DNA of 64,000 bases from Pseudomonadota bacterium (GCA_011049115.1 DSCM01000102.1:174-64173), one strand, 5' to 3'; positions 19,552 to 29,880 are shown, numbered from the stretch's first letter. The notes: generated from the sequence alone by a model not told the origin. Translations and numbers: made by a program.

Positions 19552-20304
19552 GTGATGCGAACCAAAATCACCCCCCGACTGAAAGCAAGCGACCAAAGGA
19601 TGATCCAGAGAATTGCCAACCGCGTCTTTATCCGCTACACGCCCGGCGGCAGTAATGGACGGGCTTTGACCCGCGAGGAACTTTTTCACTACGGGGTTAT
19701 CGGTTTACTTGAAGCGCAAAAAAATTACGTTTCCGAAAAAGGGGTGGCCTGGGAGGTTTTCGCGGCCTTCAGAATTGAGGGTGAAATGCTCGATCATATT
19801 CGCAAGGCGCCGATGATCAGGCTGCCGCAAAAGATTCAAGAACAGGTCCGGGAGATCAGGAAGGCCGGAAATGAACTTGAACAACAGGGCTTACCGGCAA
19901 CGCCGATTGAGATTGCCAAGAAACTGGGTTGTGCGACCGACACGGTCACACAACATCTGGCTCTGGTTCCTTCGCTGAGCCCTCTGGCCGAGGAGTGCAA
20001 CCCCGATAACAATGAGAACGGCAACCCGGGGGTGATCCTGGCCGACGACAACGCGGAAACCGACCCCCACGATAAGCTGCTGCGCCAGGAACTTTTGCAA
20101 ATCCTGATGCATTGCCTGGAAAGTCTGCCGGAGACCCGCGACCGCGTTATCGTCAAGGCAAGAAAGCTTGAAGACATCACCCTGCGGGAACTCTCCAAAG
20201 CTTTTGACTGTTCAATCGAATCCATCCGCAAACGTGAAAAGACGGCGCTGCTTCAGTTGCGGGAATGTCTGCAACGACATGGTTGGCTGGCAGCCCCCCG
20301 CTAA
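19552..20304 (+). CDS. Sigma-70 family alternative sigma factor (FliA/WhiG / group-3-like)
   Basis: Region 2 looks like ELFHYGVIGLLEAQKNY...AAFRIEGEML. Region 4 helix-turn-helix is LRELSKAFDCSIESIRKREKTALLQLR. Confidence 0.75.
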   Translation: MMRTKITPRLKASDQRMIQRIANRVFIRYTPGGSNGRALTREELFHYGVIGLLEAQKNYVSEKGVAWEVFAAFRIEGEMLDHIRKAPMIRLPQKIQEQVREIRKAGNELEQQGLPATPIEIAKKLGCATDTVTQHLALVPSLSPLAEECNPDNNENGNPGVILADDNAETDPHDKLLRQELLQILMHCLESLPETRDRVIVKARKLEDITLRELSKAFDCSIESIRKREKTALLQLRECLQRHGWLAAPR

Positions 20305-20379
20305 GCTGCACGTTTTGTTTTTGCACCTCGATTTATAGATTTCAGCAAAGCCACCAAACCGGGTTGAAATATCTATGGA

Positions 20380-20970
20380 GTGGAATTGACTATGGCTAAT
20401 GAAATTGCTAACAAGAGTCTGGAAGATATTTTCATTTTCTGGCGCGACCATCCCAAACAAATTTCCCCCTCTGCCGAGACTCGCCATTTCGACGAAAAAA
20501 CCCTGATCCGACTGGCGGCGGATCGGGGACTAGCCGAGGCCGAGGAAGAAGAGCTCAGGCATCTCGACAACTGTGCCACCTGCCTTGCGGCCTGGTCGGC
20601 CTGGCGAAGGGCTTTCAGCTTCGCAGCCGGAGCCGACATGGAGGAACAGGATTTTCCTCCGAGCTCTGAGATAGATGGCGGTTACGGCTATCTCGAAGCT
20701 GCAGCCAGTTCCTCAATAACGACCCAGGGTTTGGTTCTGGAAAGTCGCTGCGGCGCTTATCGGCTTGAAATTCTGCCAAACCGGGAAAATCCGAAGGAAG
20801 GATTAATCGTGTTGCGCGCCGAAAAGCATAAGGCTGCGGGGAAATTTTCGGTTCGGGATCGCAATGGGCGGGAGATTCTGACCGGTTTTCTTGAAAATGG
20901 TCGGCTGGCCCGTCCCTGCGCTGATTTCAGCGCTTTGGACTTAAGTCTCTGGACGGTGTGTCGGGGGTAA
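20380..20970 (+). CDS. Putative anti-sigma factor (ZAS-type HxxxCxxC zinc motif)
   Basis: LRHLDNCATCLAAW carries H-x3-C-x2-C. It sits immediately downstream of the sigma factor gene. Confidence 0.5.
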   Translation: MELTMANEIANKSLEDIFIFWRDHPKQISPSAETRHFDEKTLIRLAADRGLAEAEEEELRHLDNCATCLAAWSAWRRAFSFAAGADMEEQDFPPSSEIDGGYGYLEAAASSSITTQGLVLESRCGAYRLEILPNRENPKEGLIVLRAEKHKAAGKFSVRDRNGREILTGFLENGRLARPCADFSALDLSLWTVCRG

Positions 20971-22368
20971 GTGCAAGTGGGCCGCTCGAATTCACCAGTC
21001 TGGTTGCCTTTTGCCAGCGGAAACAGCGCCAGGATAGAGCTTTCACTCTATAACCCGGCAACGGAGCGCAGCCGTCCGATTGAAGCCTACATGGTCAGCG
21101 ATTTGGGCAACGATCTCAGCCGGAGTGCCAGCCGTGCGGCAGAAACGGTTTACGCAATTGCCCATGAGGCCGGTTGTGCCCCACCACCGACGGTAGTCGG
21201 TTTCGATCTGCAAGGGCTTGAAAACGGTGCCTCAATCGTTGGCCAGAGCAGCGGTCTGGCCTTGGCCTTGGCCCTGGCCGGCAGACTTTGGCCGGCGCTG
21301 ACGCCGGTTTCCCTGGCGGCTACCGGGGAAATCTCCCGCAGCACCGATGGCGGCCCTTTGCAAAAAATCGACGCGATTGAAGCCAAAGGCCGGGCTGCGC
21401 TGTCCCGGCTTTCCCCGGGAAGTTATTTTCTCTACCCGGCAGAGAACGACCCGGAGCTCAGCGCCGAATTAAAACAGGCCTTGGCCGAGAAGCAAATTCG
21501 GTCTTTGCCGGTTAACAGTGTCGCTGAAGCGTTGGCATTTATTGTCCCGGAAAGCGCCGGTTTAGTCGGCCGCAAGTCAGAAACCAATTTACTACCTAAG
21601 TCTGCGGCCGAAAGCAGCGCACAATATTACAAGCATTTTCTGCCGTTCCTGCTGGCAATCATTCTGATGACCTTTGCGATTTTCAAAAGCTTTAATTTTT
21701 CACAAAAATCTGATGCCGTAAAGTTTGCGGCCCGGCCGACGCTTTCCGATGCAGGTCAAAGCCCATCTTCCTCCCCGGCTTTTTTTAAAAACATCAAACA
21801 GCCATCTGAAAGCCATACAACTTCTTCGCCGACAGCTGTTGCAACGACTTCTGAACCGCTAAGCCAGGCACAAGAAAGCTCTCTCCGGCCAGTCCATGGA
21901 AACGAAGCAAACCTTGACCGGCAAGCTGTGGCCCGGCGCCCGACCATCACCCTTTCAGGCAATTCCGGATTGGCCGATCGCCTGGCGCAATGGACAAAGA
22001 CCCGTTTACAGGCCTCCCTCGATGCCGATCGCGACCTCTCCGGCAAGCTCCTGTCTCTTTCCGGACGTGTCGAATTAATTGAAATCCAGGAAAGCTGGGA
22101 CAGTGACGAAGACCGTCTCAGCTCTTCAATCACGGCCGGTTTTAACGGAGAGGCCAGTCTTGTTGGGGATAAGGAGCGCCGAGTCCTCAAGCTGCCGCCT
22201 CTGACCGTCAGCGGCGGTCGTCCTCTGCGTCAGCAACTTCCGGATATCGCAGCCCTTCTCGTAGCTCGCATTATCAACAACCTGAGCCCCAGGGTTGTTG
22301 CCGGCGGAGCTCCGAAGTCACCTGATCGGCCCCGTTCAAGCGGTGGTGGCGACCAGGGTTTTGAATAA
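20971..22368 (+). CDS. Membrane-anchored protein with N-terminal Lon-like (S16) peptidase domain, one transmembrane helix and a Ser/Pro-rich periplasmic region
   Basis: GQSSGLALALALAG...AATGEIS...PLQKIDAIEAKGRAALS...FLYPAEN runs parallel to the E. coli Lon sequence GPSAGIAMCTALVS...AMTGEITLRG...IGGLKEKLLAAHRGG...LIPFEN, with a candidate Ser-Lys dyad. GTG start abuts the upstream stop. Transmembrane helix FLPFLLAIILMTFAIF. Confidence 0.55.
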   Translation: MQVGRSNSPVWLPFASGNSARIELSLYNPATERSRPIEAYMVSDLGNDLSRSASRAAETVYAIAHEAGCAPPPTVVGFDLQGLENGASIVGQSSGLALALALAGRLWPALTPVSLAATGEISRSTDGGPLQKIDAIEAKGRAALSRLSPGSYFLYPAENDPELSAELKQALAEKQIRSLPVNSVAEALAFIVPESAGLVGRKSETNLLPKSAAESSAQYYKHFLPFLLAIILMTFAIFKSFNFSQKSDAVKFAARPTLSDAGQSPSSSPAFFKNIKQPSESHTTSSPTAVATTSEPLSQAQESSLRPVHGNEANLDRQAVARRPTITLSGNSGLADRLAQWTKTRLQASLDADRDLSGKLLSLSGRVELIEIQESWDSDEDRLSSSITAGFNGEASLVGDKERRVLKLPPLTVSGGRPLRQQLPDIAALLVARIINNLSPRVVAGGAPKSPDRPRSSGGGDQGFE

Positions 22369-22549
22369 GCTTTCTGTTTTATACAGAACTTTTTATTATC
22401 AATCAGCGCTTCATAAAAAGCGACGAGCGCAAGACAAACGCTACCATAAAACATTGAACAAGGACTCTGCGCGGCGCTGGTCGGGCGGTTTGAACCTTTG
22501 AACTTCTCGCAATAAGATCGCTAAAGCCCTCATAAAAAAGGACCTGAAC

Positions 22550-22753
22550 ATGGATAATCTGCATGATTTGAACCGATTTTTTGCCAACCTGCAGTTCGAC
22601 TGGCAAAGTATCCTGATGATAATTGCCGGAGCTCTGGTGCTCTATATCGCTTTTCGCATCGGGGCTTTCATCCTGAAGATCCTCGTCGGTCTCGCGGCCA
22701 TCGCCTTAGTGGTCATCGGCATTATCAAACTACTCCCTTATCTGGGTTTATGA
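22550..22753 (+). CDS. Small two-transmembrane-helix membrane protein
   Basis: RBS AAGGAC followed by two hydrophobic helices. No homology recognised. Confidence 0.35.
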   Translation: MDNLHDLNRFFANLQFDWQSILMIIAGALVLYIAFRIGAFILKILVGLAAIALVVIGIIKLLPYLGL

Positions 22754-22896
22754 ACCGCCAACGGTCAGCCGGCTTGACAAGCAGACGATTTTCACTCTAT
22801 GGTGCCTCGGGAGAAAATCTATTCGCTGGAAAAATCTTATTTAACCGGAGAAACTATTTACAGTTTCCGGTGGTCTGGACTGAAGGGAGATGATTA

Positions 22897-23610
22897 ATGG
22901 TGAAACTTGGGGTTAATATCGATCATGTGGCGACTATCAGGCAGGCCCGGGGAATCGGCGAACCCGATCCGATAGCCGCCGCCGTGCTGGCCGAACTCGG
23001 CGGAGCCGATGGCATCACGGTTCACCTACGTGAAGACCGACGCCATATTCAGGAACGGGACCTGCGGCTCCTACGACAGACCGTCAAAACCAGGCTGAAT
23101 CTGGAATTGGCACTGGCTCCGGAAATTATTGACCTCGCCCTGGAAATAAAACCTGATTCGCTGACCTTTGTGCCGGAAAAACGTGAGGAACTGACCACCG
23201 AAGGCGGTCTTGACGTGGTGACTCATTACAAACGTCTGGAACCGGTCATCAAAAATGTACAGGCCCAGGGTCTGATTGTCAGTTTATTTATTGATCCGGA
23301 TCCCGGCCAGATTGAGGCCGCAGCCGAGATCGGAGCGGATTTTATCGAAATCCACACCGGCCGCTACTGTGAAGCCGTCCATGAAAAAGACATCCGGAAA
23401 GAGTTTTCCCTAATTGACCAGGCATGCATCACCGCTTCTAATTTCGGTCTCAGGGTCAATGCCGGACATGGTCTGAACTATCGCAATGTTCCCCCCATCG
23501 CCCATCTGCCGAGCATCGAGGAACTTAATATAGGACACAGCATTATCGGACACGCGGTTTTTGTCGGCCTTGAACGAGCCGTGCGGGAGATGAAAGCTCT
23601 GCTGCCATGA
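22897..23610 (+). CDS. pdxJ: Pyridoxine 5'-phosphate synthase
   Basis: [20 protein letters not shown]-terminus and full TIM-barrel length. Confidence 0.9.
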   Translation: MVKLGVNIDHVATIRQARGIGEPDPIAAAVLAELGGADGITVHLREDRRHIQERDLRLLRQTVKTRLNLELALAPEIIDLALEIKPDSLTFVPEKREELTTEGGLDVVTHYKRLEPVIKNVQAQGLIVSLFIDPDPGQIEAAAEIGADFIEIHTGRYCEAVHEKDIRKEFSLIDQACITASNFGLRVNAGHGLNYRNVPPIAHLPSIEELNIGHSIIGHAVFVGLERAVREMKALLP

Positions 23611-24002
23611 CCATCATCGGAATCGGCAGCGATATGGTCAAGATCAGTCGAATCGAAGCCTTGCTCGAACGTTATCGGGAGCATTTTTCAGAGCGTGTTT
23701 TCACGGCCCGGGAAATAGACTATGCATCCCCGAAAAAACGGCCGGCGCTCCATCTGGCGGCCCGCTTTGCCGCCAAGGAAGCTTTCCTTAAAGCGTTGGG
23801 GCGCGGTCTCGGCGCCGGCCTGGAATGGCGGGACATCGAGGTCGTCAATAACGCCTTTGGTCGCCCGGAGCTTAAACTTTATAACAAGGCCGACAAACTT
23901 TGCAATGAACTCAATCGGGCGACCGCCTGGTTGAGCCTGACTCATGAGCAGGAATTCGCCTTGGCTTTTGTCGTGCTAGAGAAAACCGGAGGCCAGGCGT
24001 GA
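23607..24002 (+). CDS. acpS: Holo-[acyl-carrier-protein] synthase
   Basis: [21 protein letters not shown] overlap with the pdxJ stop. Confidence 0.85.
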   Translation: MTIIGIGSDMVKISRIEALLERYREHFSERVFTAREIDYASPKKRPALHLAARFAAKEAFLKALGRGLGAGLEWRDIEVVNNAFGRPELKLYNKADKLCNELNRATAWLSLTHEQEFALAFVVLEKTGGQA

Positions 24003-25027
24003 GCTTACCAGGCAAGCTACAGACGACGGCGATGGCGGTGATGCCGCATACCGAGCTTGATACAGCCCTTGACCTCGCGCTCTCGCTTGATATCCCCTTC
24101 TGGCCTCAACTGCCCCTCTACGATTATCGTGAAGATATGTATGTCCAGGCGGCCGAGCATTTTCCAGGAATTATTCTCGATCTGGAAAAGGAGAGCTTGC
24201 GTTTTTCAACCGCTAAATTTATCCGTGAACTAGAAGAAACTTTGGCTCATTTTGAAGAACCTGAGTATTTTGATGTCAGCCCTGAATACTCGGTGGTCTA
24301 TCATCGTTTTCTTAAACTTGATCTCAAGAAAAGGGCGGCTATCCGGGGACAACTGGAAGGACCGGTAAGTTTCGGTTTGTTTATTAAAAACGAAGAGGAT
24401 GATCGACCTATCATCTTTGATGATACGGTCAGACCTTTTCTTTATGAATTCATGGCGCGGCGGGTCAATGTTCAACTCGCCCGCCTTAAACGCAGAAACG
24501 CCAATGCCTTCATGTTTGTCGATGAACCCGGACTGCAGTTCCTTTTCAGTGCCATGTCAGGATACAGCGACACTTTAGCCAGGGATGATATTGCGAATTT
24601 TCTTGCCCTGATCGACCGTCCCCGGGGAATCCATCTCTGCGGTAATCCCGACTGGGATTTCCTCCTTGCTTTTGACATGGATATCGTTTCCATCGATCTC
24701 TATTCCAATGCCCGGATTCTGCCTCTTTACCGGCGCTCAATCATCAACTTTATCAAGCGGGGTGGCACGATTGTCTGGGGAATCGTGCCGACTAATATCG
24801 AGCCCTTCAAAAAAGAAACCCCGGATCGGTTGATCGCCTTGCTGGAAACCACCTGGCAGGGCCTGATTGACGACGGTCTCGATCGCGATCTGCTGTTTGA
24901 GAGGAGCCTGCTCTCTCCGGCGACTTGCTGTCTGGTCAATCCGGACCAGGAAAAAACCGTTACTCTGGCATTCAGCCAACTGCGGCAAATTTCATCAACC
25001 TTGCGCGAGACATACAAACTCCTCTAA
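23999..25027 (+). CDS. Conserved hypothetical protein (possible URO-D/MetE-like fold; low confidence)
   Basis: A 342-aa ORF translationally coupled to acpS. No diagnostic motif recognised. Confidence 0.55.
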   Translation: MSLPGKLQTTAMAVMPHTELDTALDLALSLDIPFWPQLPLYDYREDMYVQAAEHFPGIILDLEKESLRFSTAKFIRELEETLAHFEEPEYFDVSPEYSVVYHRFLKLDLKKRAAIRGQLEGPVSFGLFIKNEEDDRPIIFDDTVRPFLYEFMARRVNVQLARLKRRNANAFMFVDEPGLQFLFSAMSGYSDTLARDDIANFLALIDRPRGIHLCGNPDWDFLLAFDMDIVSIDLYSNARILPLYRRSIINFIKRGGTIVWGIVPTNIEPFKKETPDRLIALLETTWQGLIDDGLDRDLLFERSLLSPATCCLVNPDQEKTVTLAFSQLRQISSTLRETYKLL

Positions 25028-25028
25028 A

Positions 25029-26435
25029 ATGCAGCTTGAGCCCGTTTTCGAAATCCTTTTAAAAATCAGTCGCAATCCGTTTTTGCTCAAGCTGGCGAAC
25101 TGTTTTGCGGTCAATAAATGTCGAATTCAAAGAGAGCATCTGATCAACACGGTCACGACTCAGATACTGCAGCAATACGGCAGCGGTGGCATACTGGGCG
25201 AGCTTTCGGTTTTTGAAGCTAAAAATCTGCAGTTGATGCATGACAACATGCTTCTTCATCGGCTCAAAAGCCGCCTTCAGGACAAGGACGGCGAACGTCG
25301 CGTCAGGTACGAAAGCTCGATCCGAAACCTTGAAAAACGAATTGAGTCTCTGAAACAGCTTGAGGGCCCGGAGAGTCTTGGTTTTCTCGTCAAACTGTAT
25401 CTTGAGGATATCGCTCCTGATTTCAACCCGGTTTTTCTGCTCATCTTTAGAACCGTGGCTCAGCGCCTGTTTAATAACTTTATCAAATCAATCAGAGCCG
25501 TTGAATCCCAGCCGGGGACAATCGAACAAATACGCACCCTGATCGGAAGAGAACCGGTTTTCTTTATCGCCAATCATATTTCCAATGCCGATCATCTGCC
25601 GATTCTTTTTGCCCTCAACCGATTCAGACTGATTTCGCCGGTAGTTATCGGCGGCAGCAACCTCTATCATGGACTTTCCGCCCGCCTGCTCCCCAAACTC
25701 AATGTCTGTCAGCTCAAGCGCGATGACATGATCGAAAAAAAAATCAAGTGGCTCGGTAATCCGGTCTATATCGAAACCTTCAAGCAACACAATCAGTATG
25801 CCTGGCTTCACAATGAACCCTATCTGTTCTATCCGGAAGGCGGTCGTTCCCGATCTGGAAAAATACTTAAACCCAAGCTCGGGATCATCAAAAATATCTT
25901 TGATTTTGTCAGAAAAAACCAGCGGGCCGTCCATTTCGTGCCGGTGTCCCTCTCCTACACCTGCGTTCCGGAGGATCTGGAGATTGAAGAAAGTCGCAAG
26001 GGCACCGATATCAGCCATGGCGATCTTATTCAGCAGCTGGCCCGACTCAATCGCGAATATGGCTCTTTCAAAAAAACCGCCACCTATGTCAACCTGGGAT
26101 CCCCGATCACAGTCGCCCCCGATCAGATCCCTGACCTGGAAGATTTCAGCTGCGCCTTGCTGCTGAGGGTCAGAGATGGTATTCGTTCGACCCCGACCTA
26201 TGAGCTTGCCCAGATGATTCTTCATCATTGTGATTCCGGACCGACACAGAACATTTTTTCCAGTAAGATCCTGCTTGACAACCACCCTGCTTTCGGGGCC
26301 CAGCAACTAACCGACGGCCTGGATATTTTGGTTAGGAAAAAATTCATTCTCCCCCTGGCGGAAAAGCCTGTTTACCAGGTAATCAATCCGGACCTGCTGC
26401 ACCAGTACGCCAGTCGCAGGGAATGCGACTTCTGA
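25029..26435 (+). CDS. GPAT/PlsB-like glycerol-3-phosphate (or lysophospholipid) acyltransferase
   Basis: H(x4)D motif FIANHISNADH and YPEGGRSRSGK (motif III). Start at ATG 25029, overlapping the upstream TAA. The ORF-track N-terminal extension is rejected. Confidence 0.7.
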   Translation: MQLEPVFEILLKISRNPFLLKLANCFAVNKCRIQREHLINTVTTQILQQYGSGGILGELSVFEAKNLQLMHDNMLLHRLKSRLQDKDGERRVRYESSIRNLEKRIESLKQLEGPESLGFLVKLYLEDIAPDFNPVFLLIFRTVAQRLFNNFIKSIRAVESQPGTIEQIRTLIGREPVFFIANHISNADHLPILFALNRFRLISPVVIGGSNLYHGLSARLLPKLNVCQLKRDDMIEKKIKWLGNPVYIETFKQHNQYAWLHNEPYLFYPEGGRSRSGKILKPKLGIIKNIFDFVRKNQRAVHFVPVSLSYTCVPEDLEIEESRKGTDISHGDLIQQLARLNREYGSFKKTATYVNLGSPITVAPDQIPDLEDFSCALLLRVRDGIRSTPTYELAQMILHHCDSGPTQNIFSSKILLDNHPAFGAQQLTDGLDILVRKKFILPLAEKPVYQVINPDLLHQYASRRECDF

Positions 26436-26456
26436 GAAAAAAAGGGAGAGATCTTT

Positions 26457-26849
26457 ATGAAAACCGACAACCTGCAAGTTTACGAATATTGTCTGGCGGA
26501 CGGCTGGACGATTCTGGCCGGGAAAAAGGATGTTGATAACGATATTCTCAGTCTTAAGGTCGCGCGCCCGGAAGACTGGTGGTTTCATGTCAGGGGCATG
26601 CCGGGCAGTCATGTCATTCTGCAGGCACCGGCAAACAGCTCGATGGATCCCGGCAAAGAACGATTGCAGCAGGCGGCGGCGGTTGCCGCCTGGCACAGCA
26701 AGGCGCGGATGGGCGGGATTGTCGCGGTCACCTGCTGCAAAGCAAAATTTGTCGGCAAACCCTGCGGAGCCAAACCTGGAACCGTAACCGTGCGCAAAGA
26801 AATCCTGCTCAAAGTACGCCCTGGATTACCGGGCACTGACATAAAATAG
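26457..26849 (+). CDS. DUF814 (NFACT-R-like) domain protein
   Basis: WFHVRGMPGSHVIL motif, characteristic of DUF814. Confidence 0.55.
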   Translation: MKTDNLQVYEYCLADGWTILAGKKDVDNDILSLKVARPEDWWFHVRGMPGSHVILQAPANSSMDPGKERLQQAAAVAAWHSKARMGGIVAVTCCKAKFVGKPCGAKPGTVTVRKEILLKVRPGLPGTDIK

Positions 26850-28445
26850 AAGCACCTGGCCGACGCCGATGAGAGCGCCGACCAGGGCTCCGAATAGATT
26901 TATATAGGTAAAATGCTCACGCATAATTCCCAGAAGAAGGTCTTCGACCTTTTCCACCGGTAAGGTATTAATACGTTCTTCGACTACCTTTTTGACCGCG
27001 AAACGCTCACTTAACTGGGGTAACTCCTCGGCCAGACAGCGGCGCGTCAATTGATAAAAAAAAGTGGTCAAGGGTTCATGCACACTGCCGGGCAGGTAAT
27101 GGGAAAGCCGGCCTAAGGGCTGTTTATGAAGCCAGTCATTGAGACGGCGGGAAATCACTGCCGCCAGTCGGCGTTTCACCCGGCGCGAGCGCAGGAGCTG
27201 ACTGATTCTGTCGACCAGCCGTTCAGTCAGTACGTCCCGGTTCGGGGTCAGCCCCAGTTTTTCCAGAATTCCGGCGCTGGTTTGTTGTTCAAGATAATCC
27301 CATAACGGTTCGGCAGCGGGCTTCAATTTTTGGCTCCAGTAACTTAGGGGAAAGTGGGCGAGCAGTTTTCTGCGAAAAAAAATCCAACCTCGTTCGACCC
27401 GGGTAAAAGAAAGCCGACCGGAGATCATTGCCGGCGACATCGCCAGCAATGCTGCGAGCCGCTCGGCCAGTAAATCGAAAATCTTTGCCTGCCATTCAGG
27501 TTGCTGCAAGGAGGCGGCGAGATCACCGGCAATATCATCAACCAGCTGGTCGATCTTGAGCTTTATTTCATCATCCGACATAGCCAGACTGGTAATCAGG
27601 CGCCGCCAGAATCCCATATTTTCAATATAAACACTGATGCCCTGATATAATTTAGTTTTCAGTCGACTCCTGATTTCCGGATCGTAAAGCAGGCGACTGA
27701 AGCGAACCAACAGGGTCGGAAGTTCCCGATGAAGTTCGTTTAACAAGGCGCTTTGCAGATCAACCGGCAGAATTTCACCTAATGATTTTTCCGCGCTGAG
27801 CAGTTTTCGGCCCAATTCATCCAACTCTTTTTCAAACCGTTTTTTCAAGGTCGGAGAAGTCGCGGCATGCTCGATGATGATGTGAAGTTTTTGCCGCAAG
27901 CTTTCCTTTTGCGACGGAGTCAAAAAACTTTTCAGCTCGCTTTCAAGCAGGCGACCCAGCAATTGTGAAACAGGAATGCGGAGAAAACTTTTCAGCTCAG
28001 GATGTTCTACGACCCAATTCACAAACTGATAAACCGGACGCCAGCCTCGCCCCCACCAGGCTTGCCAGGCGGCCCGCAGATCATCCGGAATCAATTCAAG
28101 CGGAGGACCGCAATCGGCATCAACCACGGCCTTCCAGCGCCCCGCCACCCAGCGATAAAGAGCATCATCAACGGCCGGGCTCTGCAGACGTTCAAGAATT
28201 ACCGCACGCGTCAGAAGATGGTCGCCGACCATCTCTCCAATGCGTCTTGCCAATTCCCGGCGGCGGGCCGGAATGATTCCCGGGGTCAGGGGCAGAGGCA
28301 AACCCAGGATATATTTTTTATTCAAAGGGCGGAACAGCATACGGATGGCGAGGTAGTTGGTAAAATAGCCGATTACGGCACCAAATAACGGCGGCACCAC
28401 AAAAGGCAACCAGGCCGGAGGGGTTAACGATGACAAAAAATCCAT
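26826..28445 (-). CDS. DUF445-family membrane protein
   Basis: N-terminal FGAVIGYFTNYLAIRMLFRP, which is the DUF445 signature. Confidence 0.7.
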   Translation of the reverse strand: MDFLSSLTPPAWLPFVVPPLFGAVIGYFTNYLAIRMLFRPLNKKYILGLPLPLTPGIIPARRRELARRIGEMVGDHLLTRAVILERLQSPAVDDALYRWVAGRWKAVVDADCGPPLELIPDDLRAAWQAWWGRGWRPVYQFVNWVVEHPELKSFLRIPVSQLLGRLLESELKSFLTPSQKESLRQKLHIIIEHAATSPTLKKRFEKELDELGRKLLSAEKSLGEILPVDLQSALLNELHRELPTLLVRFSRLLYDPEIRSRLKTKLYQGISVYIENMGFWRRLITSLAMSDDEIKLKIDQLVDDIAGDLAASLQQPEWQAKIFDLLAERLAALLAMSPAMISGRLSFTRVERGWIFFRRKLLAHFPLSYWSQKLKPAAEPLWDYLEQQTSAGILEKLGLTPNRDVLTERLVDRISQLLRSRRVKRRLAAVISRRLNDWLHKQPLGRLSHYLPGSVHEPLTTFFYQLTRRCLAEELPQLSERFAVKKVVEERINTLPVEKVEDLLLGIMREHFTYINLFGALVGALIGVGQVLLFYVSAR

Positions 28446-28660
28446 AATTTTTCGAAATGTCCTTGTCTCAAAATAAAATTTGGGTTAGGTTGCAATGTAA
28501 TTTTAATAACATGGATAACATCTTCAGGCCCTGGACCCGGGCCGGGCGAGACCGCCGGTCATGATATAAACCGTCATCTTCGGCCAGAGGACTTGCCTAA
28601 CCTGTTTACCATGAATAAGTCAACAACTCAGAAAACTTTCCAAGTGGAGCTCAGCCGATC

Positions 28661-29878
28661 ATGTTGCATGGAAAAGAGATCCTGCTCGGGGTCACCGGGG
28701 GAATTGCCGCCTACAAATCAGTTTTACTGCTGCGTGAGCTGACTAAACAGGGGGCCAACGTCAATGTTATCATGACCAAGAGCGCCACCGAATTTGTCGG
28801 GCCCCTGACCTTTCAAACCTTGTCCGGCAACCCGGTCACAACCGAAATCTTCACCCTCTTTGCCTCTGCGGAAATTGGTCATGTTGCTTTGGCCAGCCGG
28901 GCCGATCTACTCGTCATTGCCCCGGCCACGGCCAATATTATCGGCAAGATCGCCAACGGAATCGCGGATGATTTTTTAACTACCATGGTCATGGCAACCC
29001 GGGTTCCGGTTCTGTTTGCTCCGGCCATGAATACCAATATGTGGGCCAGCAAAGTTGTCCAGAAAAATATTTCCGGTCTCAAAGAAATGGGCTATAATTT
29101 CATGGATCCGGCCGAAGGCGAGCTGGCCTGCGGGGTTGTCGGCCGCGGTAAGCTGGCGGATATCGAAGCCATCATGGATGAAATCAAAGCCCTGTTAAGC
29201 CCGGACGATCTGCGCGGAGAAAAGATTCTGATCAGCGCCGGCCCCACGGAGGAAGCGATTGATCCGGCCCGTTGTCTGACCAATCGTTCTTCCGGCAAAA
29301 TGGGGTATGCCCTGGCGGCGGTCGCCAGGCGACGTGGGGCCCAGGTCACGCTCATAGCCGGTCCCTGCGCCGAAATCGAAACGTGGGGAATCAAGGTGAT
29401 TCCCTGCAGAACCGCCGTAGAAATGGCGGCGGCCATTGATGCGAATCTGGAAGGGGTCACCTCGGTAATCATGGCCGCCGCCGTGGCCGATTTCCGGCCG
29501 GCGACTAAAGCCGTCGAAAAAATCAAGCGCGAGGGCCGCTTTTGCCTTGAGCTTGAGCCCAATCCGGATATTCTGGCCGGTCTCGGACAGCGTCAGAACA
29601 AACCTTTTCTGGTTGGTTTCGCGGCGGAAACCAACATGCTGTTGGACCATGCCAAAGATAAAATCCGGCGCAAAAACCTGGATATGATTGTCGCCAATGA
29701 TGTCACGGCTCCGGGAGCTGGCTTTGGTGTTGACACCAACATCATCAAGATCATCGACCGGGACGGAAAGGTGCTTGATTTTCCTTTGATGAGCAAGGAA
29801 AAGGTGGCCGGAATCATTTTTGACCACCTGCTTGAATTGAAACGCGAGCGCCGCCGGCGCGGAGGGCCCGGGGTTTGA
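28661..29878 (+). CDS. coaBC: Bifunctional phosphopantothenoylcysteine decarboxylase / phosphopantothenate-cysteine ligase
   Basis: N-terminal flavoprotein domain (LLGVTGGIAAYK) plus the C-terminal CoaB domain. 405 aa. Confidence 0.9.
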   Translation: MLHGKEILLGVTGGIAAYKSVLLLRELTKQGANVNVIMTKSATEFVGPLTFQTLSGNPVTTEIFTLFASAEIGHVALASRADLLVIAPATANIIGKIANGIADDFLTTMVMATRVPVLFAPAMNTNMWASKVVQKNISGLKEMGYNFMDPAEGELACGVVGRGKLADIEAIMDEIKALLSPDDLRGEKILISAGPTEEAIDPARCLTNRSSGKMGYALAAVARRRGAQVTLIAGPCAEIETWGIKVIPCRTAVEMAAAIDANLEGVTSVIMAAAVADFRPATKAVEKIKREGRFCLELEPNPDILAGLGQRQNKPFLVGFAAETNMLLDHAKDKIRRKNLDMIVANDVTAPGAGFGVDTNIIKIIDRDGKVLDFPLMSKEKVAGIIFDHLLELKRERRRRGGPGV

Positions 29879-29880
29879 GC

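Noticed and set aside
24867-25028. Upstream extension of the acyltransferase ORF overlapping the preceding gene
   Set aside because: It overlaps the 3' end of the 23999..25027 CDS in another frame. The acyltransferase start at ATG 25029, directly after the upstream TAA, is the parsimonious choice.
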